From Eubacteriales bacterium (lineage in GTDB: Bacteria > Bacillota > Clostridia > Oscillospirales > CAG-272), in assembly GCA_045578385.1 (NCBI GenBank), contig JAZNKD010000034.1, positions 10,234 through 74,233 on the forward strand: DNA of 64,000 nt. Direction: 5' to 3'. Positions 48,314 to 58,963 of the stretch are shown here, piece by piece. How positions within the stretch are numbered: position 1 is the first letter of the stretch; every line of letters begins with the position of its first letter. The position numbers were made by a program, and so were the translations under genes. The notes under the pieces were generated by a model. It did no database searches. It had not been told where the DNA came from and saw only the letters and a list, made by a program, of their open reading frames with translations.

Positions 48314-48550
48314 GCTATTTTCCTTACATTTAGGATCAGTGATATCTGATTGCTAATGAGAAGAATTAATGTTTTATCTATATGATATTATCAATTCTTA
48401 TTTTTAAAGATGTTTATCAAATGAAGTTTTAAAGATTTAATTATATCTACAATGATTTTTGCTTTAGATGCGGAGCACTTATCTAATATGTTTTGCAACT
48501 CGCCTTCGTTTTTCTGTTTAATTATTTCTATTAAATGGGGATTTTATAAA

Positions 48551-49456
48551 TTAAAGAACACCCTTCAGAAAGTCTATAACGTTTTCTCCTGCAATCTTTC
48601 TGACGGTACTCTCGGAGTAGCGGGAGAGTAGAAGCTCTGTTACTCTGTCGTGAATAGATGCGCTCTCGTCAATTCCCATAGGATATCTGCCGTCTGTGCC
48701 GTCTATATCAAATCCGAAGGCGAGACCGTTATCCCCGAAATGCTCCAGGTGATACTCTATATGCGGAATTACGTCGTCTATGCTCACGCTATCCGACTTG
48801 ATAAATTCGGGATAAAGATTGAGGCCGATAACGCCGCCTCTTGAAATAATCGTTCTTGCCATATCGAGAGTAAGATTTCTCTTGTTGTCACACACGCTGC
48901 GATAGTTTGAATGGGTTGCTATTATGGGCAACGTATAATGCTCGCAAAGGTCGTAAAAGCTTTTGTCGGAAAGATGCGAGACGTCAACGGTGATGCCAAG
49001 CTCGGCGCATCGGCGCGCCATTCTGATACCCTCATCTGTGAGGCCTGTGTCAAGTTCTTCCCATGCTCCGCATGCAAGCTCGTTGGTGTCCCAAGCTAGC
49101 CCCATTATACGAAGTCCTGCGCGGTAGAGCGTGAAAAGTTCTTCGCAATCTGCAAGCAGTCCGCCGCCTCCCTCGAGCGTGAACATGGCAGAGGAAAGCT
49201 TGTTGTCGGTCGCGTAGTAAAGACTTCTCACGTCCTCGATTTTTATAAGAGACAGCCTCTCGCATTCATAGGCATAAATATCGAGATATCTCATGACATC
49301 CTTGCGGCGCATTTCCATGGTTCGTGATTTTCTCGGTGTAAATGCTGCAAAGAACTGCAGCTGCGGATGTTTTTTTGAAGTGTTATATTCGCTTATCAGA
49401 CCTTTTTCGGAATTGACGGTCAATAGACTGTCGCAGTGCATATCAGCTACGTACAT
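48551..49456 (-). CDS. M19 membrane/renal dipeptidase family
   Basis: DMHCD, LEG, DVSHL, ATHSN, RNL and GFDIDG. Confidence 0.88.
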   Translation of the reverse strand: MYVADMHCDSLLTVNSEKGLISEYNTSKKHPQLQFFAAFTPRKSRTMEMRRKDVMRYLDIYAYECERLSLIKIEDVRSLYYATDNKLSSAMFTLEGGGGLLADCEELFTLYRAGLRIMGLAWDTNELACGAWEELDTGLTDEGIRMARRCAELGITVDVSHLSDKSFYDLCEHYTLPIIATHSNYRSVCDNKRNLTLDMARTIISRGGVIGLNLYPEFIKSDSVSIDDVIPHIEYHLEHFGDNGLAFGFDIDGTDGRYPMGIDESASIHDRVTELLLSRYSESTVRKIAGENVIDFLKGVL

Positions 49457-49554
49457 AGTTTATCTCCATTTTTGGATTTAGTCAGAGAGGTGTTTACCTA
49501 CGGATAACAGTTTACACTATTTTAAATAATATGTCAATCGGGAAAGCAAAATGC

Positions 49555-49583
49555 TTGACAAAGCGATAAAATATATATATAAT
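49555..49583 (+). promoter_or_regulatory. Sigma-A promoter for the Lrp-aminotransferase operon
   Basis: Perfect TTGACA-17nt-TATAAT. Confidence 0.8.
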
Positions 49584-49622
49584 TATACCATATTAAGTTT
49601 TGATTGAAAGGCGGACTGTGAA

Positions 49623-50114
49623 ATGGATGCAATCGACAGAAAGATACTTAAGCTTCTCGAAGCTAACGCAAGAATGGATAATGCGGATATAGCTACTGTT
49701 ACGGATATTGACGAGAGCGAGGTTACTGCAAGAATATCTGCCCTTGAAAAAGCGGGAGTTATATGTGCATATAAAAGCGTTATAGATTGGGAGAAGGTTG
49801 ATACTGACAGCGTCAGCGCAATTATAGAGCTGAAGGTTACTCCCAAAGCGGGCTTCGGCTTTGAGGAGGTTGCTGCGAGAGTTGCTAAATATACTGAGGT
49901 TGAGTCTGTATATCTTATGTCGGGCGCTTACGATCTCAATGTCGTAGTCAAGGGAAGAACCTTCCACGAGGTTTCGAATTTTGTTTCGCGCGAGCTTGCT
50001 ATGATAGATTCTGTCACTTCCACGGGAACACAGTTCGTTATGAGAAGATATAAAGAATATAAGGTTGAGCTTATAGGAGATGAGGAAGACGGAAGGAGTA
50101 AAATATCCTTATGA
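49623..50114 (+). CDS. Lrp/AsnC-family regulator (YugG/AlaR-like)
   Basis: N-terminal HTH, IDWEK, SVYLMSGAYDL and TQFVMRRYK. Confidence 0.88.
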   Translation: MDAIDRKILKLLEANARMDNADIATVTDIDESEVTARISALEKAGVICAYKSVIDWEKVDTDSVSAIIELKVTPKAGFGFEEVAARVAKYTEVESVYLMSGAYDLNVVVKGRTFHEVSNFVSRELAMIDSVTSTGTQFVMRRYKEYKVELIGDEEDGRSKISL

Positions 50115-51292
50115 TTGATTATTCCAAGGTTTTAACCGGGGTTGTTAAGGATATAAAACCGTCTGGTATACGTAAGTTTTTTGATATAGCAAACACTATG
50201 GAGGATGTGATTTCTCTCGGAGTCGGAGAGCCGGATTTCAGAACACCGTGGCAGGTCAGAAGCGCAGGCATACATTCCCTTGAGGTTGGCTCTACTCGTT
50301 ATACCTCAAACAGAGGTCTTGAGGCGTTGAGAGATGAGATTTCCTCTTACGTGAGGCGGAAGTACGACGTAGCTTACAGCGCGAGCGATGAGATACTGGT
50401 AACCGTTGGCGGAAGTGAAGCCATAGATGCGGCAGTAAGAGCTATAACCGAGCCCGGTGACGAAATAATAATTCCTCAGCCGAGCTACGTATGCTATGAG
50501 CCTATAGTAAGGCTTGCAGGCGGAGTCCCCGTAATTATCAACACAAAAGCCGAAAATGATTTTAAACTAACAAGAGCCGAGCTTGAATCGGTCATGAGCC
50601 CTAAAACCAAGGCTCTGATTTTACCTTATCCCTGCAATCCTACGGGTGCGATTATGGAGTATGAGGACATCCTCGCAATTTCTGAGGCAATAAAGGACAC
50701 CGACGTTATGGTTATTTCCGACGAAATATACGCCGAGCTTACGTTCGGCGGAAAGCGTCACGTCAGCGTTCCGTCAGTTCCGGGAATGAAGGAGCGAACC
50801 ATTCTTATCAACGGTTTTTCGAAAACCTTTGCTATGACCGGTTGGCGTCTTGGATATGCCTGTGGTCCGTGTGAAGTTATGAGTATGATAACCAAAATAC
50901 ATCAGTTTGCCATAATGTGCGCGCCAACGACTTCTCAGTACGCTGCTATTGAAGCGCTCCGCAACTGTGATAACGAAGTGCATAAAATGCTCGAAGAATA
51001 CGATGTGAGAAGGAAAATTATAGTTTCGGGATTTAACAAGCTCGGGCTTAGCTGCCGTGAGCCGAAGGGTGCATTTTATGCCTTCCCGTGTATAAAAAGC
51101 ACGGGGCTTACAAGTGAGGAATTTTGCGAACGTCTGCTTGCAAGCAAGCATGTGGCCGTAGTTCCGGGAACGGCATTCGGAGAATCGGGAGAAGGCTTTG
51201 TAAGAACCTCGTACTGCTATTCCACCGCCCATATAAAAGAAGCGTTAAAGCGCATAGGTGAATTTCTTGAAGAATTAAAGACTAATTCCTAA
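50111..51292 (+). CDS. PLP-dependent class I/II aminotransferase (YugH/AlaT-like)
   Basis: PSGIRKFFD, GVGEPDF, PCNPTG, SDEIY and GFSKTFAMTGWRLG. Confidence 0.92.
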   Translation: MIDYSKVLTGVVKDIKPSGIRKFFDIANTMEDVISLGVGEPDFRTPWQVRSAGIHSLEVGSTRYTSNRGLEALRDEISSYVRRKYDVAYSASDEILVTVGGSEAIDAAVRAITEPGDEIIIPQPSYVCYEPIVRLAGGVPVIINTKAENDFKLTRAELESVMSPKTKALILPYPCNPTGAIMEYEDILAISEAIKDTDVMVISDEIYAELTFGGKRHVSVPSVPGMKERTILINGFSKTFAMTGWRLGYACGPCEVMSMITKIHQFAIMCAPTTSQYAAIEALRNCDNEVHKMLEEYDVRRKIIVSGFNKLGLSCREPKGAFYAFPCIKSTGLTSEEFCERLLASKHVAVVPGTAFGESGEGFVRTSYCYSTAHIKEALKRIGEFLEELKTNS

Positions 51293-51304
51293 AGGAGACT
51301 TCTT

Positions 51305-52000
51305 ATGAGAATAATTTTCATAAGGCATGGTAAGCCTGATTATAAAACGGATAGTTTAACCGACCTTGGATGGATTCAGGCAAAATCGTTGACAGAGCGC
51401 CTTTCGGCTGAAAATATAACAGAGATATATTCTTCTACTATGGGGAGAGCACAGCAAACGGCAAAACCGTTTTCGGAGTCAAGCGGAATACCTGTTGTTC
51501 ACGTTGACTTTATGAGAGAAATATCCTGGGGAAGCGAGAGCCAAGATGTAGTGCTGGCTTTTGACGGGCACCCGTGGTTGATACTGCCGGAGTGCGTAAA
51601 AAACGGAAAGAGCATTTCAGAGCGTCGGTGGGAGATTACGCCTGAATTTATTCATAATACAAAACTTCAAAAATCCGTAAAACGAGTCTGTGACGGTGCA
51701 GACGAGTGGCTCGAAAAATTAGGATATAAGCGCGAGGGAGAATACTATAGAGTTTCCGATGGCAGCAGAGATAAAACCGTTGCGTTGTTCAGCCACGGCG
51801 GATCTTCAACTGCTTTTATAGCGCATCTTCTTAATCTTCCTTTTTTGTCTGCTTGCCTTTTTATAAGACCGTATTTTGCTTCCGTTTCAATCATTAAACT
51901 CGAAGGGGAGAAAGGAGATTTAATTCTGCCCAAAATTGAAATACTTAATGATGATCGCCACGTTCTGAAAACATCTGACGAGGCGAGAATTGAGGAGTAA
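51305..52000 (+). CDS. Histidine phosphatase family protein
   Basis: IRHG, SSTMGRAQQTA, RE and SHGG. Confidence 0.88.
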   Translation: MRIIFIRHGKPDYKTDSLTDLGWIQAKSLTERLSAENITEIYSSTMGRAQQTAKPFSESSGIPVVHVDFMREISWGSESQDVVLAFDGHPWLILPECVKNGKSISERRWEITPEFIHNTKLQKSVKRVCDGADEWLEKLGYKREGEYYRVSDGSRDKTVALFSHGGSSTAFIAHLLNLPFLSACLFIRPYFASVSIIKLEGEKGDLILPKIEILNDDRHVLKTSDEARIEE

Positions 52001-52025
52001 TTATTTTAAAAAGTAAACAATTATT

Positions 52026-52075
52026 ATAAAAAGACTATCTCAAACGCGAAATAGCGGTTGAAATAGCCTTTTTAT
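52026..52075. terminator. Terminator between convergent genes
   Basis: Imperfect long inverted repeat flanked by A and T tracts. Confidence 0.55.
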
Positions 52076-52108
52076 TTTTATTAATATTAAGTATGATAAA
52101 TGTTTAAA

Positions 52109-53278
52109 TTAAAGATTTTTAAGGGTATTCATTACGTAATTTCCGAACTCTTCACAGGTAGCACCGGTGTCACGTCCCGTTATCGTGAGTTTCTTTTCTT
52201 CAAACGAGCATATATCGAGTGCGCGTTCAAGCTTTGCGGAGTACTCGCTGTATCCTATGTGCGAAAGGAGCATTACGCAGGCTCTGAGCATTGAGCACGG
52301 ATCTGCATATATTGCTCTGCCTTCTCTGACCATTCTCGGAGCTGAACCGTGAATAGCCTCGAACATCGCGTATTTTTTACCGATGTTAGCGCATCCTGCG
52401 GTGCCTACGCCGCCCTGGAATTCCGCAGCTTCATCTGAAATTATATCACCGTAGAGATTGGGGAGAAGAAGCACTTGGAAATCGCGTCTGCGCTTTTTAT
52501 CTACGAGTTTTGCGGTCATTATATCTGCGTACCATTCGTCCGTAGTGATTTCGGGGTATAGGTCTGCAACCTTGTGGCAATCCTCAAGGAAATTACCGTC
52601 GGTAGTTTTTATGACGTTAGCCTTTGTAACGAGCGAAACTCTTGTCATTCCGTTTCGTCTTGCGTAGTCGTATGCGAGTCTCGCTATTCTGTCGGAGCCC
52701 TGCTTTGTTGTAATTGTAAAGTCAACGGCGAGGTCTTCCGTAACGTTGAAGCCCGACGAGCCGACAGCGTAACCGCCCTCGGTATTTTCTCTGAAAATAA
52801 CCCAGTTGATGCCCTCCTCGGGAACCTTAACCGGTCTTATATTCGCAAAGAGGTCGAGCGCTTTTCTCATAGCGACGTTTGCGGATTCAATGTTAGGCAT
52901 ACCGTCGCCCTTCTGGGGTGTTGTCGTAGGGCCTTTAAGAATTACGTCGCAGGATTTAAGAGCTGCCATAACGTCATCGGGAATAGCCTTTCCCACTGCT
53001 ATTCTGTTTTCAATCGTAAGACCGTCGATAGTTATAAATTCAACACGTCCTGCCGCTTCTTCCTTTGCGAGAATAAATTTGAGCACGCGCTCAGCTTCCT
53101 TTGATATAGTGGGGCCGATGCCGTCTCCGCCGCAGATGCCTATTTTAATAGTTTTCAACGACGCATAGTCGGTAAAGTCACCCTGCGCTTTCATATCTTC
53201 AACTCTTGCGAGCTGCTTTTCGAGTATTGCTTTGAATTTTTCGCATGCCAAATCAAGTTCTTTAGTATAAGCGTTCAT
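52109..53278 (-). CDS. icd: Isocitrate dehydrogenase (isocitrate/isopropylmalate dehydrogenase family)
   Basis: GDGIGP, KGPTTTP, SANVAMR, RENTEG, NLYGDIISD and EAIHGSAP; last gene of the citrate synthase/aconitase operon. Confidence 0.8.
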   Translation of the reverse strand: MNAYTKELDLACEKFKAILEKQLARVEDMKAQGDFTDYASLKTIKIGICGGDGIGPTISKEAERVLKFILAKEEAAGRVEFITIDGLTIENRIAVGKAIPDDVMAALKSCDVILKGPTTTPQKGDGMPNIESANVAMRKALDLFANIRPVKVPEEGINWVIFRENTEGGYAVGSSGFNVTEDLAVDFTITTKQGSDRIARLAYDYARRNGMTRVSLVTKANVIKTTDGNFLEDCHKVADLYPEITTDEWYADIMTAKLVDKKRRRDFQVLLLPNLYGDIISDEAAEFQGGVGTAGCANIGKKYAMFEAIHGSAPRMVREGRAIYADPCSMLRACVMLLSHIGYSEYSAKLERALDICSFEEKKLTITGRDTGATCEEFGNYVMNTLKNL

Positions 53279-53293
53279 TTTTATATCCTCTTT

Positions 53294-55225
53294 TTAGTTT
53301 GAGTTTTCTTTCGTGTAGTTAAGCAGACCGCCTGCAAGAAGAATTTTTCTCTGGCGCTCGGTAAGAGAGAGATTAAGCATTATCTCGGCGCCCGATTCGC
53401 TCTTTATAACAACCGAGTCAAGAGACGTGATTGCTTCCTTGAAATTATCAATGCTCGTGAAATCGCCCTCGGCAAGCTTGTCGTAATCGTCTGGATTTGC
53501 AAGAGTGAACGGGACTATACCGAAATTGATAAGGTTAGCTACGTGGATTCTGGCAAAGCTTTTTGCGATAACCGCACGTATTCCAAGATAAAGCGGAACG
53601 AGCGCGGCGTGCTCTCTTGATGAGCCTTGTCCGTAGTTCTGGCCGCCAAGAATAATTCCGCCGCCCTCTGCCTTCGCTCTTTCCGGGAAGGTAGGGTCGC
53701 AAACCGTGAAGCAGAATTCCGATAGCTTAGGCACGTTTGAACGGTAGGGGAGTATTTTCGTGCCCGCAGGCATGATATGGTCTGTCGTTATATTATCCTC
53801 AACCTTGAGAATTATCTTAGCAGAGAGCTTGTCGTCGGGAGATTTACCTTTAGGAATGGGCTTGATATTAGGTCCTCTTACGACCTCGACGGTATGCGCC
53901 TCTTCCTCGCTTGCGGGAAGCTCAATCATATTGTCGCTGATAAGAAATTTCTCCGGAAGAACTATTTTAGGAGCTTCTCCGAGTTCTCTTGGGTCAGCGA
54001 ATACGCCCGCTATAGCGGATGCCGCTGCAACTTCTGGGGATACGAGATATACGTTTGCGTCTTTGGTGCCCGAGCGTGCTAAGAAATTGCGGTTAAACGT
54101 ACGAAGGCTCACACCTGCCGATTCGGGAGAAAAGCCCATTCCTATGCAGGGGCCGCAGGCACATTCCAGTATTCTTGCTCCCGCGCCTATGAGGTCTGCG
54201 AGCGCTCCACATTCCGCAAGCATCGTATATACCTGCTTTGAGCCGGGGGAGATGGAAAGGCTAACGTCCGGGTGAACGGTCTTTCCTTTAAGCATTTTTG
54301 CAACGGTAAGAAGGTCTCGCAGCGAAGAATTCGTGCAGGAGCCTATACATACCTGATTGATTTTAAGTCCGCGAAGCTCGTCAACCGATTTGATGTTATC
54401 CGGAGAATGGGGGCAAGCGGCAAGGGGGGATAGCGTGTCAAGATTTACAGTATATTCGGCATCGTATTGTGCATCGGAATCCGACGCAATCGGAATAAAG
54501 CATTCACCACGTCCCTCTGCTTCAAGGAAAGCTTTCGTGGTTTCATCCGAGGGGAATATCGAGGTTGTTGCACCGAGCTCTGCGCCCATATTGGTTATGG
54601 TTGCTCTTTCGGGCACGGAAAGCGTTTTAACGCCCTCACCGCCATACTCTACGATAGCACCTACACCGCCTTTTACAGTAAGGAGTCTTAAAACCTCAAG
54701 GATAACGTCTTTCGCGCTCACGTAGTCCGAAAGCTTACCCGTGAGATTTATCTTTATCATTTTTGGCATAGTGATATAATAAGTTCCGCCGCCCATAGCA
54801 ACGGCAACGTCAAGTCCGCCCGCGCCCATAGCAAGCATACCGATACCGCCTGCTGTAGGAGTGTGGCTGTCCGAGCCGATAAGAGTTTTTCCCGGAACTG
54901 CAAATCGTTCAAGATGCACCTGGTGGCAAATACCGTTTCCAGGGCGGGAGAATCTTACCCCGTGACGCTTTGCAACGGTCTGTATGTATCTGTGGTCGTC
55001 GGCGTTTTCAAAACCTGCTTGAAGTGTATTGTGGTCTATGTATGCTACCGAAAGCTCCGTTTTTACGCGTTCCGTGCCCATAGCTTCAAGCTGAAGATAT
55101 GCCATAGTTCCGGTTGCGTCTTGAGTTAGAGTTTGATCTATTCTAAGACCGATTTCTTCTCCGGTTTTCATTTTTCCCGAAACAAGATGAGATTTAATTA
55201 TTTTTTGTGCAATAGTATATCCCAT
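53294..55225 (-). CDS. acn: Aconitate hydratase
   Basis: TQDATG, DHN, GICHQ, GSDSHT, IGSCTN, CGPCIG, ITTDHI and GQGSSREHA. Confidence 0.92.
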   Translation of the reverse strand: MGYTIAQKIIKSHLVSGKMKTGEEIGLRIDQTLTQDATGTMAYLQLEAMGTERVKTELSVAYIDHNTLQAGFENADDHRYIQTVAKRHGVRFSRPGNGICHQVHLERFAVPGKTLIGSDSHTPTAGGIGMLAMGAGGLDVAVAMGGGTYYITMPKMIKINLTGKLSDYVSAKDVILEVLRLLTVKGGVGAIVEYGGEGVKTLSVPERATITNMGAELGATTSIFPSDETTKAFLEAEGRGECFIPIASDSDAQYDAEYTVNLDTLSPLAACPHSPDNIKSVDELRGLKINQVCIGSCTNSSLRDLLTVAKMLKGKTVHPDVSLSISPGSKQVYTMLAECGALADLIGAGARILECACGPCIGMGFSPESAGVSLRTFNRNFLARSGTKDANVYLVSPEVAAASAIAGVFADPRELGEAPKIVLPEKFLISDNMIELPASEEEAHTVEVVRGPNIKPIPKGKSPDDKLSAKIILKVEDNITTDHIMPAGTKILPYRSNVPKLSEFCFTVCDPTFPERAKAEGGGIILGGQNYGQGSSREHAALVPLYLGIRAVIAKSFARIHVANLINFGIVPFTLANPDDYDKLAEGDFTSIDNFKEAITSLDSVVIKSESGAEIMLNLSLTERQRKILLAGGLLNYTKENSN

Positions 55226-55261
55226 TATTTTTCCTCTTTTTGAAAATAATTGTTTGCAAAA

Positions 55262-55912
55262 TTAAGGCATTTCCTTTTTGAAATTTGAAAGAGCGTTATC
55301 TATGTGTATGTAAGTAAGCCTTTCAGCTTCTTCCGCGTTTCCTGAAATAATTGCGTTAAGAATTTTCCTGTGCTCAAATATTGATTTTTCAGCTCTGTCA
55401 GATTTTGATAGAGATAGTCGTCTGTATGCTTTGATATTTTTGTGTAAATCGCAAAGTATTTTGCAAAGATGCCTTGAGCCTGAGGCTTGGAAAATTATAG
55501 TGTGAAACTCCGAGTCAAGCTTGCCGTTTTGCTTGTCGTCGTGCTTGGTAAGATAAAATTCCGATAGCTCAACGGTTTCTTTAAGTCTCTCCTTATCTTC
55601 GTCGCTCATTCGCTCTGCGGCAAGCCTTGCGGCAAGCCCTTCGAGCCTTTTTCGCACCTCGTAAATATCCTCTATATCTTCTTTGGTTATACCTATAACG
55701 GTGGCGCCCTTGTTGGCGCATAGCTCGACGAGTCCTTCCTCGGCAAGCCTATGTAAAGCGCCCCTGACGGGAGTGCGGCTGGCTTCGAGTCTTTCGGAAA
55801 GCGCTATTTCGCGAAGCTGTTCTCCCCGTTTAAGCCTTCCTGATAAAATTTCTTCCTCGAGAGCAAGGTAAACCTTTTCTTCAAGAGAGTGAGACGTGTT
55901 AGAAATAATCAT
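55262..55912 (-). CDS. GntR-family (FadR/FCD) regulator
   Basis: SRTPVRGAL HTH; FCD domain with FH, EH and H residues. Confidence 0.9.
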   Translation of the reverse strand: MIISNTSHSLEEKVYLALEEEILSGRLKRGEQLREIALSERLEASRTPVRGALHRLAEEGLVELCANKGATVIGITKEDIEDIYEVRKRLEGLAARLAAERMSDEDKERLKETVELSEFYLTKHDDKQNGKLDSEFHTIIFQASGSRHLCKILCDLHKNIKAYRRLSLSKSDRAEKSIFEHRKILNAIISGNAEEAERLTYIHIDNALSNFKKEMP

Positions 55913-55924
55913 AAGGATTCCTCA

Positions 55925-57301
55925 CTATCTGCGCTTGAATATACCAAATGAAATGCGCTCTGCGATTTCTTCAAGCTCTTCATCACCCATAACCGTGCTT
56001 CTGCCTTCGGCGTACGCCTTGTCTATTTCGTCCTTCATAAGAGATACGATTTTGTCTTGCTTCGTGAGCATATTATCTCCTACGAGAGAATAGTGACTGT
56101 TCATCCAATAAGCAATTCCCGCAAGTCCCGAAGTGTTTGAGATAGATACCTCGGCAGGCCGAGCAAGAATTTTTTCAGTGTTGAAAATATTGTATATCTC
56201 CGCGTCCTTCATAAGACCGTCAGCGTGTATTCCCGCTCTTGTAAGATTGAAGTTTGCTCCGACAAAGGGTGTCATCGGAGGAATATCATAACCAAGCTCA
56301 TTTTTATAGTAGTTGGCTATTTCCGTGATTACGGTAGGCTCCATACCATCGAAGCTGCCCTTAAGAGAAGCATACTCGATAACCATCGCTTCAAGCGGAA
56401 CGTTGCCGGTTCTTTCTCCGATTCCAAGAAGCGAGCAGTTAACCGCGGATGCTCCGTAGAGCCAGGCCGACGTCGCGTTTGCAACCGCTTTATAGAAATC
56501 GTTATGTCCGTGCCATTCAAGCATTTCTGAGGTAACGTCTGCGTAATGGTGCAGACCGTATACTATACCGGGAACGCTTCGCGGAAGCGCAACACCTGCG
56601 AAAGGAACACCGTATCCCATAGTATCGCACATACGTATTTTTACGGGAATGCCGGCTTCTCGTGAAAGCTCGCTAAGTTCGTTTACAAAAGGAACTATGA
56701 AACCGTAAAAATCTGCTCTTGTAATATCTTCGAGGTGGCATCTTGGTCTGATGCCCGCATCGAATGCCGATTTAACAACACCGAGATAATGGTTTAAAGC
56801 CTGAGAACGTGACATTCCGAGTTTTTTGAATATGTGGTAATCCGAGCAGCTGACGAGAATACCCGTTTCCTTTATACCGATATCCTTAACGAGAGCAAAG
56901 TCTTCTTTTTTTGCTCGTATCCAGGTTGTTATTTCGGGAAACTCATATCCGAGAGCCATACATTCTTCAACAGCCTCTCTGTCCTTTTGGGTATAAACGA
57001 AGAATTCGCTTTGTCTTATAATACCATTTGGTCCGCCTAGGCGAGAGAGCATTTTATAAAGATCAACTATCTGCTTTGGAGTGTACGGAGCACGAGATTG
57101 CTGACCGTCGCGGAAGGTTGTGTCGGTTATCCATACCTCAGAGGGCATATTGAGGGGAACTCGTCTGTGGTTAAATGCAATCTTCGGAATTTCGTCGTAA
57201 GGGTATATATCTCTGTATAAATTAGGCTCATCTACGTCCTGCAGTGAATATTTATACTGGGATTGCTCTAAAAGATTGCTGTAAGGGCTTTTTGAAATCA
57301 T
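55925..57301 (-). CDS. Re-citrate synthase (DRE-TIM metallolyase family)
   Basis: ITDTTFRDGQQ, HLEDITR, CDT, EWHGHND, GERTGN and AGIHADG; co-located with aconitase and icd. Confidence 0.85.
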   Translation of the reverse strand: MISKSPYSNLLEQSQYKYSLQDVDEPNLYRDIYPYDEIPKIAFNHRRVPLNMPSEVWITDTTFRDGQQSRAPYTPKQIVDLYKMLSRLGGPNGIIRQSEFFVYTQKDREAVEECMALGYEFPEITTWIRAKKEDFALVKDIGIKETGILVSCSDYHIFKKLGMSRSQALNHYLGVVKSAFDAGIRPRCHLEDITRADFYGFIVPFVNELSELSREAGIPVKIRMCDTMGYGVPFAGVALPRSVPGIVYGLHHYADVTSEMLEWHGHNDFYKAVANATSAWLYGASAVNCSLLGIGERTGNVPLEAMVIEYASLKGSFDGMEPTVITEIANYYKNELGYDIPPMTPFVGANFNLTRAGIHADGLMKDAEIYNIFNTEKILARPAEVSISNTSGLAGIAYWMNSHYSLVGDNMLTKQDKIVSLMKDEIDKAYAEGRSTVMGDEELEEIAERISFGIFKRR

Positions 57302-57376
57302 TGTTATGTCCTTTCAGGCGCGATGCAAAATTGGTTTCCAACCAAAATTTATGCAAGCTGTGGGAGCACGCACCAT

Positions 57377-57408
57377 TTGTAAAATACGATTGTATACAAG
57401 AATACAAT
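57377..57408. promoter_or_regulatory. Candidate GntR operator array in the citrate synthase leader
   Basis: Palindrome TTGTATACAA (57390-57399) flanked by AATAC half-site repeats. Confidence 0.55.
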
Positions 57409-57422
57409 TTAAAGTTTTTCTC

Positions 57423-57451
57423 ATTATACACCAAGGAAAACACTTTGTCAA
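57423..57451 (-). promoter_or_regulatory. Sigma-A promoter for the citrate operon
   Basis: Perfect TTGACA-17nt-TATAAT. Confidence 0.8.
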
Positions 57452-57592
57452 GCCTTTAAATAAAAATAAATAAAAGCGGAAAATAAAATAAGACGTTTGA
57501 ATTTGTTTTATAAAACGGTGAAAATAAGGAAAATATATACTTTAAGAAAGAACAGGAAAAGATACTTCGTCTTATTGATTTTTAAAAACGAT

Positions 57593-58963
57593 TTACGACA
57601 GATTTTTTATCCATTTGAATCGGTTTATTTTTATTGCTGCAGGAATGCATTTCACAAGCTGGTCTGATTTTAAGGCTAAGAATATCAACCATACCGGAGC
57701 ATTCATACGGAAAGCAAAAATAGATAACGGTATAACGAAAAGAAAAATAAAAACCGAATCGTTTTTCAATATAAACGAAACGTCGCCGCCGCTTTTAACC
57801 AAACCGATAAGGCAAGCCGATTGATAAGAGGTACCTATAATTGTCAAGGAAAGAACTGAAATGAGAGCCTTAGCAACTGCGGCGGCTTCTTCTTCAATGC
57901 GGTATATTGACACAAATGGATTTTTAACAGCCAGGAGTGAGAGGGAAGTCAGTATTCCGAGCAGAATAAAAATTAACTGGGTAGTGTAAGCATAGCTTTT
58001 TATTTTTTCTGTTTTACCTTCGCCAACAGTCTTTCCGATTATAATTCCGACAGCGCCCGAGAGTCCGTTCATAAGAATATATGAGAGAGAGTTGAGGGTG
58101 TTGGCTACAGCAAGTCCTGCAACGACCTCAACGGAGTTTAGGCGAGACAGCAGATACGAGGCGAAAAGAGTATTAACCATCCATACCATTTGACCGAGCA
58201 CGAGAGGGGTGGTGTACTTTAAAAATTCTTTGGATGTTTTTTTGTCGAATTTAATTAAAGATAAAGGTGAAAGATTTAATTTTTTATCTACAAAAAACAC
58301 GTATATCAGAATGATGGCAAGCTCTGCAATTCTTGCGATAAACGTTGATATCGCAGCGCCCTTTAATCCAAGCGCGGAAAATCCGAAGTTCCCGAATACC
58401 AACAGGTAGTTTAGCAAAAGATTTACAAGGAATGCAGACGTTGATGCTATAGCTGTGATTTTGGGTGATTCTACGCTTCTCATAGAAGCTCCAAGCGCTC
58501 CCGATACACAGAAAAGCGGAAAAGAAAACGATAGGATTTTTAAGTATTCAACAGCTTCGGTGGAGACACTGTTTCCGAGGAACAGCGATATAAAGAAAGA
58601 AGGAAAAAACAGAGAAAAGAGCATAATCAGAGTACCGAAAGAAAGGGTTAAAACAGTACCGAACGAAGCTATTTTTTTTATTTTCTCATTGTCGCCCTCT
58701 CCCCAGCTTCTGCTCGACGCCACTGTTATTCCGCTCTCTATCCCTGTAATAAACATTTGGAGCAATGTAAATACGAGAGTTCCGATATAAGCGCTTGCCG
58801 TAGCACCGCTTCCGAGTCTGCCGATGGAGATGCTGTTTGTGAGGGTTATAAGAAAGCTTACCATATACTGCGCTGCCATTGGCGGAGCTAAATGAAAAAG
58901 GTTCTTATAAAACTCTTTATCTCTTGTAAAAATTTGTTTTTTTTGCATTGTTTTTTTCCTCAT
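57593..58963 (-). CDS. MATE-family efflux transporter
   Basis: About 12 TM; LNYLLVFGNFG..LGLKGAAIST and IIIGKTVGEG. Confidence 0.9.
   Translation of the reverse strand: MRKKTMQKKQIFTRDKEFYKNLFHLAPPMAAQYMVSFLITLTNSISIGRLGSGATASAYIGTLVFTLLQMFITGIESGITVASSRSWGEGDNEKIKKIASFGTVLTLSFGTLIMLFSLFFPSFFISLFLGNSVSTEAVEYLKILSFSFPLFCVSGALGASMRSVESPKITAIASTSAFLVNLLLNYLLVFGNFGFSALGLKGAAISTFIARIAELAIILIYVFFVDKKLNLSPLSLIKFDKKTSKEFLKYTTPLVLGQMVWMVNTLFASYLLSRLNSVEVVAGLAVANTLNSLSYILMNGLSGAVGIIIGKTVGEGKTEKIKSYAYTTQLIFILLGILTSLSLLAVKNPFVSIYRIEEEAAAVAKALISVLSLTIIGTSYQSACLIGLVKSGGDVSFILKNDSVFIFLFVIPLSIFAFRMNAPVWLIFLALKSDQLVKCIPAAIKINRFKWIKNLS

Noticed and set aside
48314-48550. AT-rich spacer after the tandem hairpins, checked as a CRISPR leader/array or MITE
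   Set aside because: No repeated units, terminal inverted repeats or target duplication visible
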